From Candidatus Aenigmatarchaeota archaeon (lineage in GTDB: Archaea; Aenigmatarchaeota; Aenigmatarchaeia; Aenigmatarchaeales; Aenigmatarchaeaceae), in the NCBI GenBank assembly GCA_043802485.1, contig JAZDKZ010000004.1:24157-88156 (forward strand): DNA of 64,000 bases, read 5' to 3'. Shown one piece after another: positions 40,862-50,314 of the stretch. The notes under the pieces are model-generated. The model was not told the DNA's origin and ran no database searches. It saw only the letters and a program-made list of their open reading frames with translations. A program made the translations under genes and the position numbers. Numbering within the stretch: position 1 is the first letter of the stretch; each line of letters begins with the position of its first letter.

Positions 40862-41035
40862 ATGAGTGAAATGCTGAGAAAAATCAAGAAAAAAATGGAC
40901 AATCTTGAGAAAGAGGCAGACGAGCTGAGAGTATTGAAAGAGAAATCGGAATATACCAGAAATTTAAGGGATTATAATAGAAATTTCAGAAATGATATAA
41001 ATAATTTGAAAGAGTACCACAAGAAATTTGACTGA
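40862..41035 (+). CDS. Small coiled-coil protein (57 aa)
   Basis: Manual translation MSEMLRKIKKKMDNLEKE... Confidence 0.5.
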   Translation: MSEMLRKIKKKMDNLEKEADELRVLKEKSEYTRNLRDYNRNFRNDINNLKEYHKKFD

Positions 41036-41087
41036 TTTACCTAATTCTAATATTAGGTTTAAATTTCTTTCTTTCCAAATACCTGAA

Positions 41088-41342
41088 ATGACAATATACC
41101 CATTTGAAGAGATGAAAAAGTTCAACGAAATTGAAGTTGACAGTGAGTATGAATGCTGCGTTGAAGGCTGTCCGCCTACAACGAAAATAAACGGTTATGA
41201 AGTAAGCATTGTTCTGTCTGACAGTGATAAAAACGTGCCTCATGCGCACAGACTGAGGGCTAAAGACAAGGTATTAGTCCGTGTATTGAGCGTGTCAGAA
41301 CGCAATAAAAGCGCAGTGGCGCACTATGTAAGAAAGCTATAG
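41088..41342 (+). CDS. Hypothetical protein, possible OB/TRAM-like fold
   Basis: ATG after TTTAAA box; KVLVRVLSV..SAVA. Confidence 0.5.
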   Translation: MTIYPFEEMKKFNEIEVDSEYECCVEGCPPTTKINGYEVSIVLSDSDKNVPHAHRLRAKDKVLVRVLSVSERNKSAVAHYVRKL

Positions 41343-41367
41343 GTATTTTTTGTTGGCATCTGAACCT

Positions 41368-42159
41368 TCATTCTTTCTTGCCATATATCTTGTCGTTTAC
41401 ATGCCTGCACATGTCGTTGTGAGCAGGGGCAATGGTCTGGTAGAACTTGTTAAGACCGTCGTAGAAGGCTTGGACCGTCTTGTCAAAGGTCTCTGCCTTG
41501 ACGGCAGCTTTTTGAGGATCTTTCTCCACCATTCTGAAAATCTTCCGGGTATTCGCGATTCTCTTATGTTTCTTGAAAGCTCCTGCTATAACTTCGCTCC
41601 TCGTCTTGTCTTCCTTTTCAGGCATGACATCTCTCCAGGCCTGGTATATCGATTCCCGTTCCAACGCCTTTGCGCCGACCTTGCGAAAATTCTGCTTTAT
41701 TGCTCCGACAAGGATTTCAGGAACTATTAATGCCTCGACCATCTTGCCTGTTAGCTCAACATCTTCCTCAAGATTCAGAATATCGGAAAAGTCAATCCCG
41801 TCTAACTTGTTCTTGTGGAACATCCTGTCTAAAAGCTTGCTGCCGTTCAAATTCTCCTCGTATTGCTTCTCGGACAGCCGTTTGATACTGCCGTATGTCA
41901 TCTTGTCTGAAACATCGGATACCACAGGGAGCACCAGGGAGCTTACCAGTGTCTCAAATTTACCATATTCTTCAGGGTCCAGCACGTCCCGTGCTTTTGA
42001 AAGTTGCTTTGACACCACCTTGTTGACATGTGAGATGTAGACTTGCCTGCCCCTTTCAATGCGTTCGACGAACTCTGGATGCTCGGAAGCGTACTCGCTT
42101 ATCTCCTGCCCCCTCAGCTCTCCGAGAGTTAACCGTATCTCCTCTTCTGTAGGATTCAT
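41368..42159 (-). CDS. Helical hypothetical protein
   Basis: 263 aa, SD GGAGAGGT. Confidence 0.75.
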   Translation of the reverse strand: MNPTEEEIRLTLGELRGQEISEYASEHPEFVERIERGRQVYISHVNKVVSKQLSKARDVLDPEEYGKFETLVSSLVLPVVSDVSDKMTYGSIKRLSEKQYEENLNGSKLLDRMFHKNKLDGIDFSDILNLEEDVELTGKMVEALIVPEILVGAIKQNFRKVGAKALERESIYQAWRDVMPEKEDKTRSEVIAGAFKKHKRIANTRKIFRMVEKDPQKAAVKAETFDKTVQAFYDGLNKFYQTIAPAHNDMCRHVNDKIYGKKE

Positions 42160-42257
42160 GTTCTCAACCTCTCCTTATTAAGAGGCAAAATCTTTTAAAG
42201 AAATGTTTATGGCGCTGGCTTTTTTGATGATGAATTATTAAATACCAGTCTCTGCAT

Positions 42258-42452
42258 ATGGATAGCATGTGCAAAGCAAACATTCTATACGCCATTGCGC
42301 TGGCATTGGGAGTTGCAGCGGTCGTGATGAACTTCACAGGCATTGCAGGAAACTATGACACTGCACCCCTGCTGGGAATCGCGGTCGTGTGCCTGGCGCT
42401 CGCATGCATGGACAAATCCTGCTGCAAACCCGTGGCGAAGAAGAGAAGATAG
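42258..42452 (+). CDS. Small two-TM protein
   Basis: 64 aa hydrophobic. Confidence 0.6.
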   Translation: MDSMCKANILYAIALALGVAAVVMNFTGIAGNYDTAPLLGIAVVCLALACMDKSCCKPVAKKRR

Positions 42453-42534
42453 TCTAATCTTTTTGTTTTTTTTCTTGTTCTTACTTTTAGTAATGTATTT
42501 AAAGTTTACTACCTTAAAGTGAATATAGAGTGAT

Positions 42535-42810
42535 ATGATGATTTCCAAAGGCGTTATTTTAGGGATATTCATGGTAGCTTTAATGGTCGCTATCATCTAC
42601 AGCCTGGCAGCATACGCCATGAAGAATGACTCCCAATACAATTCCTACACAAAGACCATAAAGTCCTGCGACGGCCATGGCAACTGCATGCTGAGGGACC
42701 TGCTGGTCCAGTGCCTGGGCGACAGCGTGATAGACATCACCCTGATAGGGGAGTCTCCAGACGTGCCCGAGTCCTTCGAGGGCGGAAACATGTTCAGCTG
42801 GTGCAACTGA
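42535..42810 (+). CDS. Small membrane-anchored Cys-containing protein
   Basis: 91 aa, N-terminal TM. Confidence 0.6.
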   Translation: MMISKGVILGIFMVALMVAIIYSLAAYAMKNDSQYNSYTKTIKSCDGHGNCMLRDLLVQCLGDSVIDITLIGESPDVPESFEGGNMFSWCN

Positions 42811-42843
42811 CATTTTAAATTCTGGGTTTTCCATATTGTTAGT

Positions 42844-43098
42844 ATGAAAAACAGGTATCTCTACTCTAGAATGATGTACAGCATGGCCTACGTTTGTGCG
42901 GTAGCCATTCTTGTCTTCGCATACATGGGGATACCCAACGACCTGCTGATAGCTTTCGCCATAGCGTGCCTTGTGACAGGCGGCTACCTTTCTGCGGACA
43001 GGGACAAGAGAGACGATATACCCAAACACAAGGTGAAGCTGACCACGCTGGACGAGGAAATGAAAGAAGCCAGGCATCTGGCTGCTGTGGAGAAGTAG
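42844..43098 (+). CDS. Small two-TM protein
   Basis: 84 aa. Confidence 0.6.
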   Translation: MKNRYLYSRMMYSMAYVCAVAILVFAYMGIPNDLLIAFAIACLVTGGYLSADRDKRDDIPKHKVKLTTLDEEMKEARHLAAVEK

Positions 43099-43725
43099 GA
43101 TAAAATAAAGAAATATGCCGAATTGTTCGACAAGGGGAAGAGGCATTATGATAGAGTTTAAATCCTGGTTTTCTATATTGATATTTTTATTATAACACAG
43201 TAGTGACTGCTTTAAGTAGTTAGAGCGCCATATACTATAAAGAGATACTTGATGTTTTAAGAAATTATTTCTTATTCTGAACTTTGAAGTATTTGGAATT
43301 AAGGGTGATTAAAATGGCTAATTTATTCGTGGAAAGGCAGGCTGCGCTGGAAAGGCACAATACAGTGACAGAAGATGAACTGATCAGAGGGAGATTTGGT
43401 TAGGATGAAATTTTATTCGGATGCGTATTTCGGCATGCTGAGGACGACAGCCGATGGGTCGAAACCCCACACAGTAGCGTGCGCTTAGACTTAATGCGAT
43501 AAGACGGAGATTTTATGTTAAAAAATGATGAAGTTATAATAAAAAAGAAGAAAGAAATTTCTTACATGTCACAGGAAGACAGAGAGATAGCAGCAAGTGA
43601 TCCTGGTCCTTATTTACTTCGTTCGTAGGGTTTTGATATGCCAACGCCACCTGTCTGGAGAAAAAGAAGCAAGCGAAGTTATTTCAAGAGAGATGAATAT
43701 TACTAGTTTTGGGATGGTTGATAAT

Positions 43726-43905
43726 ATGAAAGAATATAATAGGTATGAAAAAGCAAGGATGGTCGGGGCCAGGGCTTTGCAGCTATCAAGAGGGGCACCG
43801 TCTGTGATAGATACTAAACTAAAGGACCCCAAAGACATAGCAGAGCTGGAGTTTGACCAGGGCGTAATACCGATAGAAGTCAAAAGGCGTGTCAAAGCAA
43901 AATAA
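43726..43905 (+). CDS. rpoK: RNA polymerase subunit Rpo6 (RpoK)
   Basis: YNRYEKARMVGARALQLSRGAP...IPIEVKR. Confidence 0.95.
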   Translation: MKEYNRYEKARMVGARALQLSRGAPSVIDTKLKDPKDIAELEFDQGVIPIEVKRRVKAK

Positions 43906-44073
43906 GGGCTAATATACAAAGAACCAGGAGGAAAGCGCCTTGCTCTCTCCCTTGCGGCACTCGCCCTTTAGCTTTTTTCTTTCCACACGTGTCAGCCGCT
44001 TTGCACTTCTTCTCATCATATATATATGATTTTCGCAGAAATAAAGGCGCTGTTTCTTTAGAACGTCTGATTT

Positions 44074-44328
44074 TTATTCTGATAATAATGCGATAACAAG
44101 CATATCTGTTTTGTAGGACTTGTGCCTGTACACGAAGGTTTCTTTGCCTCCTCTGGCAGGTCTATCTCTCTTTTGATATTCCACCTCATTGTGATACCTA
44201 AGCTTTTTGAGGGATACGGCGCTTGTTGTGACGCCTAGTGCAACATCTATATCATTCGCTGTAAAGTACATGTTCTTGTCTTTCCTATACTGCTGCTTCA
44301 AGAACTTTAGAACACTCCTCTGGCCCAT
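44074..44328 (-). CDS. Small wHTH-like protein
   Basis: MGQRSVLKFL...FTANDI...SLKKLR. Confidence 0.6.
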   Translation of the reverse strand: MGQRSVLKFLKQQYRKDKNMYFTANDIDVALGVTTSAVSLKKLRYHNEVEYQKRDRPARGGKETFVYRHKSYKTDMLVIALLSE

Positions 44329-44410
44329 TCTTTAATCTAAGAAGACAAGCTTTAAATCCTAAACGGAAATTGTGTTTAAATCTTTTTGGAATTTAATCTT
44401 TATTGATATT

Positions 44411-44740
44411 ATGCAAATAAATGTGGAAAAGGTAATCAAAAGAAGGATGGAGAATTGGGAATATACGTTAGGGTATGCTGAATGGGTTGTTGAAACTCAA
44501 AGAAATAAGAAAAACTATACTGAAAATGAAAGATCAACGGTTGGTGATATTTTTACGGCATTGTGTTATGCTAATGAAGTTGTATCAGACACTTCTGGAA
44601 ATTCTATTTATACGGTTATTATGGAAGATGCTGGTTTGGAGAAGAAATGCAAGAACGATTTTACAAGGTGTTGGGCAAGAGCTAAACAAGTCAGATTTGA
44701 TACACACGAGTTAATAGAAGAATTGTTTGAGAAACGTTAG
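44411..44740 (+). CDS. Hypothetical protein
   Basis: AT-rich ORF with TATA upstream. Confidence 0.55.
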   Translation: MQINVEKVIKRRMENWEYTLGYAEWVVETQRNKKNYTENERSTVGDIFTALCYANEVVSDTSGNSIYTVIMEDAGLEKKCKNDFTRCWARAKQVRFDTHELIEELFEKR

Positions 44741-44804
44741 AACCTTTATTTATTTAAGTGATTGTAAGATTTTAATAAAGAAACCATTGTAACCATTATC
44801 TGAT

Positions 44805-45014
44805 ATGAGTGGTGTTATGATAAATTATGGTATTATAGAAATAGCAAAAAATGTAGTCATGTTTAGAAGAGATGCGATTAATGCTGGTGAAGTGACTAAA
44901 GCCAATGGCTATGGGTCCCAGATTGATAGTATATGCGAGGAAAACCAGGACGTCGATGGCAAGAGCCTCTGTGTAGACAAAAGCAATGACATTGTATACT
45001 GGAAGAAGAAATAA
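44805..45014 (+). CDS. Hypothetical protein
   Basis: 69 aa; ends 12 bp before repeat R1. Confidence 0.5.
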   Translation: MSGVMINYGIIEIAKNVVMFRRDAINAGEVTKANGYGSQIDSICEENQDVDGKSLCVDKSNDIVYWKKK

Positions 45015-45026
45015 AATGATGATAAT

Positions 45027-45065
45027 ATGGTCTTTCTAACCTTCTACGGCGGCGCTTAGAAATCG
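45027..45065 (+). repeat. Gene-start repeat R1
   Basis: ATGGTCTTTCTAACCTTCTACGGCGGCGCTTAGAAATCG (MVFLTFYGGA*). Confidence 0.92.
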
Positions 45066-45071
45066 AATAAC

Positions 45072-45233
45072 TTATTCTTTAATCGGCCTTGCAAGGCTTT
45101 TCAGCTGGGAGTCCACGACCACCTTCTGCTGCATGCTCCAGTCAGTGTCTGGATGGGTCCTGACATAGTCTGCCCACTTCTCCACGAACCTCATCCTCTG
45201 CTCGCTGTTTTTCTCCCTGTCGAACACTTTCAT
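45072..45233 (-). CDS. Small partner protein of nucleotidyltransferase (53 aa)
   Basis: Manual translation MKVFDREKNSEQRMRFVEKWADYVRTHPDTDWSMQQK...; ATGA overlap. Confidence 0.7.
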   Translation of the reverse strand: MKVFDREKNSEQRMRFVEKWADYVRTHPDTDWSMQQKVVVDSQLKSLARPIKE

Positions 45234-45796
45234 TCAAGCATCTCCCTGTACTTGCCTAATAATTTATGGTCTATATTGCTCTTAAAAACAGTCTCCAGAT
45301 GCCTGGCGTCCTCCATGTCCTTCTCCGATTTCAGCACCTTCTCCTTGTACGCTATCTGCAGCTCGATGCTAGATATCCTTATCTTGCCAGTCTTCATGAC
45401 CACACCTATTGCTGTGGCAACGGCCTTCTTTTCGACGGGGTTCTTCACGAACTTGAGCTCCATGTTGGGTATCACATTCGGCTTTTTGGCGAACCTCACC
45501 GCAAGGCCGCCGAGCAGCGCACCCATAATCCCGTCAACGCTCTCCGCCTCCAGGCACCAGTAGCCATTATCCTTCAAATCAGAATAGAGGCTTTTGAATT
45601 CATCCGCGTTCATTTTTTCTATCAAAATGTCTATGTCCTCAGTGGCCCTTGACCTGCCGAACAGTATCGAGACGTACCCGCTCACTATGACGTAGCCTGC
45701 GTGCTTCTCCAACACCTTTACGAAATCAACCACAAACTTGTCCAGCAGCGTCGGCACCTTATCCAGCTTGATGGTCTTTCTGTCGATGAATTCCAT
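45230..45796 (-). CDS. Nucleotidyltransferase-fold protein
   Basis: VSGYVSILFGRSRATEDIDIL, KEKVL..EKDMEDA. Confidence 0.82.
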   Translation of the reverse strand: MEFIDRKTIKLDKVPTLLDKFVVDFVKVLEKHAGYVIVSGYVSILFGRSRATEDIDILIEKMNADEFKSLYSDLKDNGYWCLEAESVDGIMGALLGGLAVRFAKKPNVIPNMELKFVKNPVEKKAVATAIGVVMKTGKIRISSIELQIAYKEKVLKSEKDMEDARHLETVFKSNIDHKLLGKYREMLE

Positions 45797-45852
45797 GCTT
45801 CAACCTTTTGATATTTAAATCGCGGGACAATTTAAACCATAGCTGACTGGAA

Positions 45853-45908
45853 GTGGTGAATTTTTATTGTAGGTCTCTCTGACATTCTACGGCGGCGGCA
45901 GGGAAATC
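45853..45908 (+). repeat. Gene-start repeat R2 with promoter, internally deleted
   Basis: GTGGTGAATTTTTATTG joined to AGGTCTCTCTGACATTCTACGGCGGCGGCAGGGAAATC (VSLTFYGGGREI). Confidence 0.92.
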
Positions 45909-45969
45909 TTAAAGCCTGGATTTTCTAGTTAAACTTTTATCGTTTGCAGCATCATATAATCTTGATTGT

Positions 45970-47238
45970 ATGGGTTTTCTGGACGGCATTTTCGGTGGCA
46001 AGAAGGAGGCCCCGAAGGAGAAGAGGGTCTCGCTAAAAGATACAGAAAAAATAATATCAGACAAAGCAGAAAAGGCCTTCGAACCCCTGAAGGATGCTGC
46101 CAAGAAGGAGTACGAGACCTTCCAGACGTCTGCGACCGCGATGCAGGGCCAGCTGAAAATCCTTGAGCAGGCTGCCCTTCATGAGAGGACCTTTAGCGGC
46201 ATTGCAAGCAGGTCAACGGCAAGCAGAAGGGACTTTATCGGCAGGATGGACTTTCTAATCAAGAAGCTGCGCGCACCCTTTGGAGAGAATGCGGATTCCA
46301 TCATAAGCTTCTACGAAGAGGCCAACAGGACGATCAACACCGTGAATGCTGAAACGATAAAGGACTATGCCTTTCTCAAGATGGTTTTTGAAAAGGAGGG
46401 AAAGGATGTCCTGCAGAGCTTCCGGCAGATATTCGAAGCGAACAAGAGCATGGGGGAAACGGTAAAGGAAATCAGGAAGCACCAATCAAAGCTGTCGAAA
46501 GCAAGGGAGTGTGTCGCTGAGATTTCAAGGATGGCCCATGAGATGAAGGAGGACGAGACCGGCAGGCTGAACGAGAGGCTCTTGGCAAAGGAAGCCGAGC
46601 TCAGGAAGGCCGAGAGCGGAATGGAAGAGCTACTTCGCGAGGACGCATGGAAGGCCTTTCTTGAGATGCAGAAAACCAGGGACGAATTGAAAAAAGAGAT
46701 GGAAAACAAGGAAGCCGAATTCACGGACCTCATTTCTGAACTGGAAGTTCCTCTGAAGAAATACAGACGATTGGCCGAGAACAGCGTTCTTAATCATTAT
46801 ATAGAGAAATCTTTCTACTCGGTCCTGCATGAAGACCCGGATGGTGAAGTTCTTCTGTCCGCACTCAGGGACATGAAGTTAAGGATGATCGAGGACAAGA
46901 TGGCGCTGAAGGGCGGCGACAGGTTCATGACAGTCATAGACCGCGCGAAGGAGGGCAACATCATGGGAGGGATTCTCAAGGAATATGCAAGCACTGCCGA
47001 TAGGTTGAAAAAACTGGAAGAGGAGATGGGACTGCAAAAAGTCCCCAGAAGGAAGGGGATGTTCGAGAAGGATATCAATAAGCTTAAGGCGGAGCGCGAG
47101 GAACTGAGAGCTGGAATTGAAAAGTCCGAAGAGAGCAAAAAGAGATTGGTCGAGAGCAGGGAACAGAGAATAAGGGAACTGGAAGAGCTGCTAAGCGAGG
47201 CTTCCGGAGAGAGAATCCTGCTAGAAGTCAACAATTAA
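45970..47238 (+). CDS. Long coiled-coil protein
   Basis: 422 aa, MGFLDGIFGG amphipathic start, heptad repeats. Confidence 0.8.
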   Translation: MGFLDGIFGGKKEAPKEKRVSLKDTEKIISDKAEKAFEPLKDAAKKEYETFQTSATAMQGQLKILEQAALHERTFSGIASRSTASRRDFIGRMDFLIKKLRAPFGENADSIISFYEEANRTINTVNAETIKDYAFLKMVFEKEGKDVLQSFRQIFEANKSMGETVKEIRKHQSKLSKARECVAEISRMAHEMKEDETGRLNERLLAKEAELRKAESGMEELLREDAWKAFLEMQKTRDELKKEMENKEAEFTDLISELEVPLKKYRRLAENSVLNHYIEKSFYSVLHEDPDGEVLLSALRDMKLRMIEDKMALKGGDRFMTVIDRAKEGNIMGGILKEYASTADRLKKLEEEMGLQKVPRRKGMFEKDINKLKAEREELRAGIEKSEESKKRLVESREQRIRELEELLSEASGERILLEVNN

Positions 47239-47263
47239 ATCCCACTTCTTCCATAGTTTAGAT

Positions 47264-48871
47264 ATGAAGAAACTATCATTTTGTTTTATTTTATTTATCT
47301 CGTTCTTTTTGTTTTCCTCTATCGTTCTTGCTGACGGTGGTGCATATATACGTTCCACCTTTGAAACAGATGTGTGGCTACCTATTGGTCAAGACGAGCA
47401 AGTGTCTGTAATAACCTACGAGAACGGGAAGGAAAGCATGATTATTTCTATTGAGGCAGAATTGGAAAGCGGTGAAATAGCCTGGATATTCCCTATCCCA
47501 TCAAAGCCAGAGCAAACGAACATTGATATTGTGAAAGAATTCCCAGAGTTCAGCGGCTATGAAGTCAAAAGTAAGGTTGGCTACGAGTTCAACAGAGGTT
47601 ATCCGGCGTTTTACCTATCCCAAGTATATCCAATATTCTTAACTCTTTTCTCGGGTTATAGCATGGGGGCAGCTGGTGGAGGGCTGATAGACGGCGCCTT
47701 GCAAGATATAGCCGTTGAAATACACGAACATATAGAATACGGAGGGCTAACAACAGAGCTCGTAACTACAAAAGACGAAACAGAGCTTTATGCCTATATG
47801 CAACAAAAAAATCTAGACCTACCACCCGAATCGCTTTCAATAATAGAGGAGTACGTTGGCAAGGATTATTCATTCATTGTCTCTTGGATATCAGACGGCT
47901 TGGCTTATAGGGATGCGACCGGCGGGAATGTTTTGGGGGTAAAGGCAACATTTCCAACTAATGACATATTTTATCCTTTGAGGCTGACTTCAATATACGA
48001 CGAAACGAAAATACCGATGACAATTTATGTGTCTGGCCATGTCAGCCCGAATGTTTTCAGCGAGATAGATGATTACACCGATGTAAAATATTATGGCGGT
48101 GACAAGGATTACACAAAAATTAATATAAATTCAGAATCGAGATTCTTTGTAGATGATCTTTGGATGAGCAGGTCTGTACCGATAGATATACTAATAGCTG
48201 ACATCATACTGATTAGCCCTACGGCATTCTTGGTTTTTGTCTTTGTAACAGTTTCTATTCTGTCAAGCATCATCGCAGGGCTTATTATCTATAAGGATGA
48301 ATTTTCCTTGAAGAAGTTTGCCTTGCTCGGGCTTTCAAACCTGTTAAGTATTGTCGGGTTCTCAATAGCATCTATTCTAGCATTTAAATCTGAAAGGAAA
48401 GGCGACTTGAAACTGATCCTGTTGTCTTTTGGCCTGTCGGTTGCTCTTCTTGTTTCTGCGTTCATGCTGTCAAATGCTTTGCTATTAATCGTCTCAATAA
48501 TTGCTTTTGCTGTTTCGTTCATTGTCATGATTTCGGTATTGGGAAGTAAAGCGGTGTCATTGTTCATACTTATCTTTAGCATATTGTTCTTAACCATTTC
48601 ATTCCTTGTGAGTTCCCTGATTCTTTCGGCTTATCCCCACACCACAGTAATGTCTGGTGTTATGTCCTTTGAATATGGCAGACATTATGGATGCATGCAG
48701 TATCTAAGGAATAATTGTTTGGACTCGGATGAGATACTGTTACAGATAGACGCAAATCAAAACGGACGTATGGACAGCGGCGACACCCTACAAGCATTAG
48801 CTGAAATTTATTATGGCTGCGATCCTGGCGTAGAGGAATGTGTAAGACAACTTTGTGGTTGCAACGTTTAG
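47264..48871 (+). CDS. DUF2330-like extracellular domain plus multi-TM membrane protein
   Basis: Signal peptide ADGG, WIFPIPSKP, FYPLRLTS, about 5 TM helices, Cys-rich tail. Confidence 0.7.
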   Translation: MKKLSFCFILFISFFLFSSIVLADGGAYIRSTFETDVWLPIGQDEQVSVITYENGKESMIISIEAELESGEIAWIFPIPSKPEQTNIDIVKEFPEFSGYEVKSKVGYEFNRGYPAFYLSQVYPIFLTLFSGYSMGAAGGGLIDGALQDIAVEIHEHIEYGGLTTELVTTKDETELYAYMQQKNLDLPPESLSIIEEYVGKDYSFIVSWISDGLAYRDATGGNVLGVKATFPTNDIFYPLRLTSIYDETKIPMTIYVSGHVSPNVFSEIDDYTDVKYYGGDKDYTKININSESRFFVDDLWMSRSVPIDILIADIILISPTAFLVFVFVTVSILSSIIAGLIIYKDEFSLKKFALLGLSNLLSIVGFSIASILAFKSERKGDLKLILLSFGLSVALLVSAFMLSNALLLIVSIIAFAVSFIVMISVLGSKAVSLFILIFSILFLTISFLVSSLILSAYPHTTVMSGVMSFEYGRHYGCMQYLRNNCLDSDEILLQIDANQNGRMDSGDTLQALAEIYYGCDPGVEECVRQLCGCNV

Positions 48872-48930
48872 ATATGGTCTCATTGACATTCTACGGCGGC
48901 GTCAAGAAAAAATGGGTTTAAATTGTTTTG
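48866..48930 (+). repeat. Gene-start repeat R3 plus downstream TATA
   Basis: GTTTAGATATGGTCTCATTGACATTCTACGGCGGCGTCAAG (MVSLTFYGGVK). Confidence 0.95.
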
Positions 48931-48945
48931 TTTCGAATTCTTCTT

Positions 48946-49191
48946 ATGCCAGAACTGGATGAAAAATGTCTAATTATGTTAGAAACCGTATATCAAGGCG
49001 AAAAGCCCGTCACTTTGGGACTTTTGTATGGAAGAACAAAACCAACGACCTACCCAACAATGATGAAAAGACTGGATGAAATGCAAGAGGCTGAGCTGAT
49101 AGAAGTGAAACGACTAGATTGTATGACGAAAAAATATGAGATAACAGACTTTGGGATTGAAGTTATGGAAGAGTTAATGAAAAAGTCTTAG
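48946..49191 (+). CDS. Winged-helix protein
   Basis: TYPTMMKRLDEMQEAELIE...KKYEITDFG. Confidence 0.7.
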   Translation: MPELDEKCLIMLETVYQGEKPVTLGLLYGRTKPTTYPTMMKRLDEMQEAELIEVKRLDCMTKKYEITDFGIEVMEELMKKS

Positions 49192-49255
49192 TTTTTTCCT
49201 TTACCCTCTGTTCTCTGAAAATGGGTTTAAATGTTTTTGTGTTCTTTAACTAAAT

Positions 49256-49480
49256 ATGGCTGAAGAAATTAAAAGAGTTCTCAAATACTGTTCAAATTCT
49301 CCTATGGACAAACGTTTCTGTATTTCGATGAGTAGATTATCAGAGATTATAGAAGAGTTAAAGGAATTAGATTACAAAAGTCTTGAAGACGTCTATAATT
49401 ATGCTAAAAATCTTGATCTTCCTGAAGAATTTAAAGAGGAATTAAAATTTGAATATGAAAAAAGAGGGTTTAAATCCTGA
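49256..49480 (+). CDS. Hypothetical protein
   Basis: 74 aa with own TATA. Confidence 0.55.
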   Translation: MAEEIKRVLKYCSNSPMDKRFCISMSRLSEIIEELKELDYKSLEDVYNYAKNLDLPEEFKEELKFEYEKRGFKS

Positions 49481-49492
49481 TTCTTCTATAAT

Positions 49493-49897
49493 TCAATCCA
49501 AATCTATGGTAATGTTCTTGGGTGTCATCATTTCATAAACATCAGAGAAGAATTTTTCTTCTTTTTTTCTGGGGAGTTCTGCCCCATCATGTCCATAACC
49601 ACAAGAACGGGATACTTCCTCCAGAATAGACGTGCTTATTTCCTGCACAGAAACATACTCTTCTTGACATTCAAACAATCCTTTAACGAACTCTGTCTTG
49701 CCATCTTTCTCTATTGAAAGAGCACAACTAATTATTTTTCTCTTCATAGTGCTTTTCGCAGTTCCTCTCCTAGCAAATCCATAGTTCACACAACAGCTAT
49801 CAATGATGTCAGTCATGCTCATTTTCTTTCTTTTTTGGATTTCCTTAAAGATGTAATTAGTCATTTCTTTAGTGGAAGGGTAAGACGATCCTTTCAT
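49493..49897 (-). CDS. Hypothetical wHTH-like protein, paralog of 54397-54666
   Basis: Shared motif D[IV]ID...N[YF]G.A.RG..KS..KR.I. Confidence 0.65.
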   Translation of the reverse strand: MKGSSYPSTKEMTNYIFKEIQKRKKMSMTDIIDSCCVNYGFARRGTAKSTMKRKIISCALSIEKDGKTEFVKGLFECQEEYVSVQEISTSILEEVSRSCGYGHDGAELPRKKEEKFFSDVYEMMTPKNITIDLD

Positions 49898-49968
49898 AAA
49901 TAAAACAAGGTTGATAATTTATTTAAGCTTGAAATGTGTTTAAATTATTTTATGCTTTATTTCATAGT

Positions 49969-50241
49969 ATGAACAAGAATTTAAAATGGGGCTTGTCCTC
50001 TAATCAGAAGAAAGCTTTCGAAGAGATTTCTCGCAGTATAGGTGATGAGTATGATCACGGTTTGGAAGATGCCAAGGGGGTAGGAATCCATGGGGATGAA
50101 CTCAAGACTTATATGACGCTGTTCGTTCAAAATAAACTTTACATGTTTGAAAACGATAAATATACGATAACAGGTAGGGGACTAATTCTCTTTAACCAGC
50201 TTATGACTAATTCCCTGACAAAGGGTAGATACTGTTATTAG
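49969..50241 (+). CDS. Hypothetical protein (wHTH-like, YTITGRG)
   Basis: ATG 29 bp after TTAAA. Confidence 0.55.
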   Translation: MNKNLKWGLSSNQKKAFEEISRSIGDEYDHGLEDAKGVGIHGDELKTYMTLFVQNKLYMFENDKYTITGRGLILFNQLMTNSLTKGRYCY

Positions 50242-50256
50242 TTTTTATTCTGGTTT

Positions 50257-50308
50257 TTCCATAGTTTAGATATGGTCTCGTTAACCTTCTACGGCGGCGT
50301 CAAGGAAA
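50257..50308 (+). repeat. Gene-start repeat R4
   Basis: 37 nt from ATG 50272 identical to 58241-58277. Confidence 0.96.
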
Positions 50309-50314
50309 GGGGAC

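Noticed and set aside
42580..43146. 188-aa minus-strand ORF
   Set aside because: Overlaps two plausible plus-strand membrane genes with their own TATA boxes; no recognisable motifs
43597..43725. N-terminal extension of RpoK in the ORF track
   Set aside because: Homology starts at MKEYNRYE; SD-like GGTTGA precedes ATG 43726
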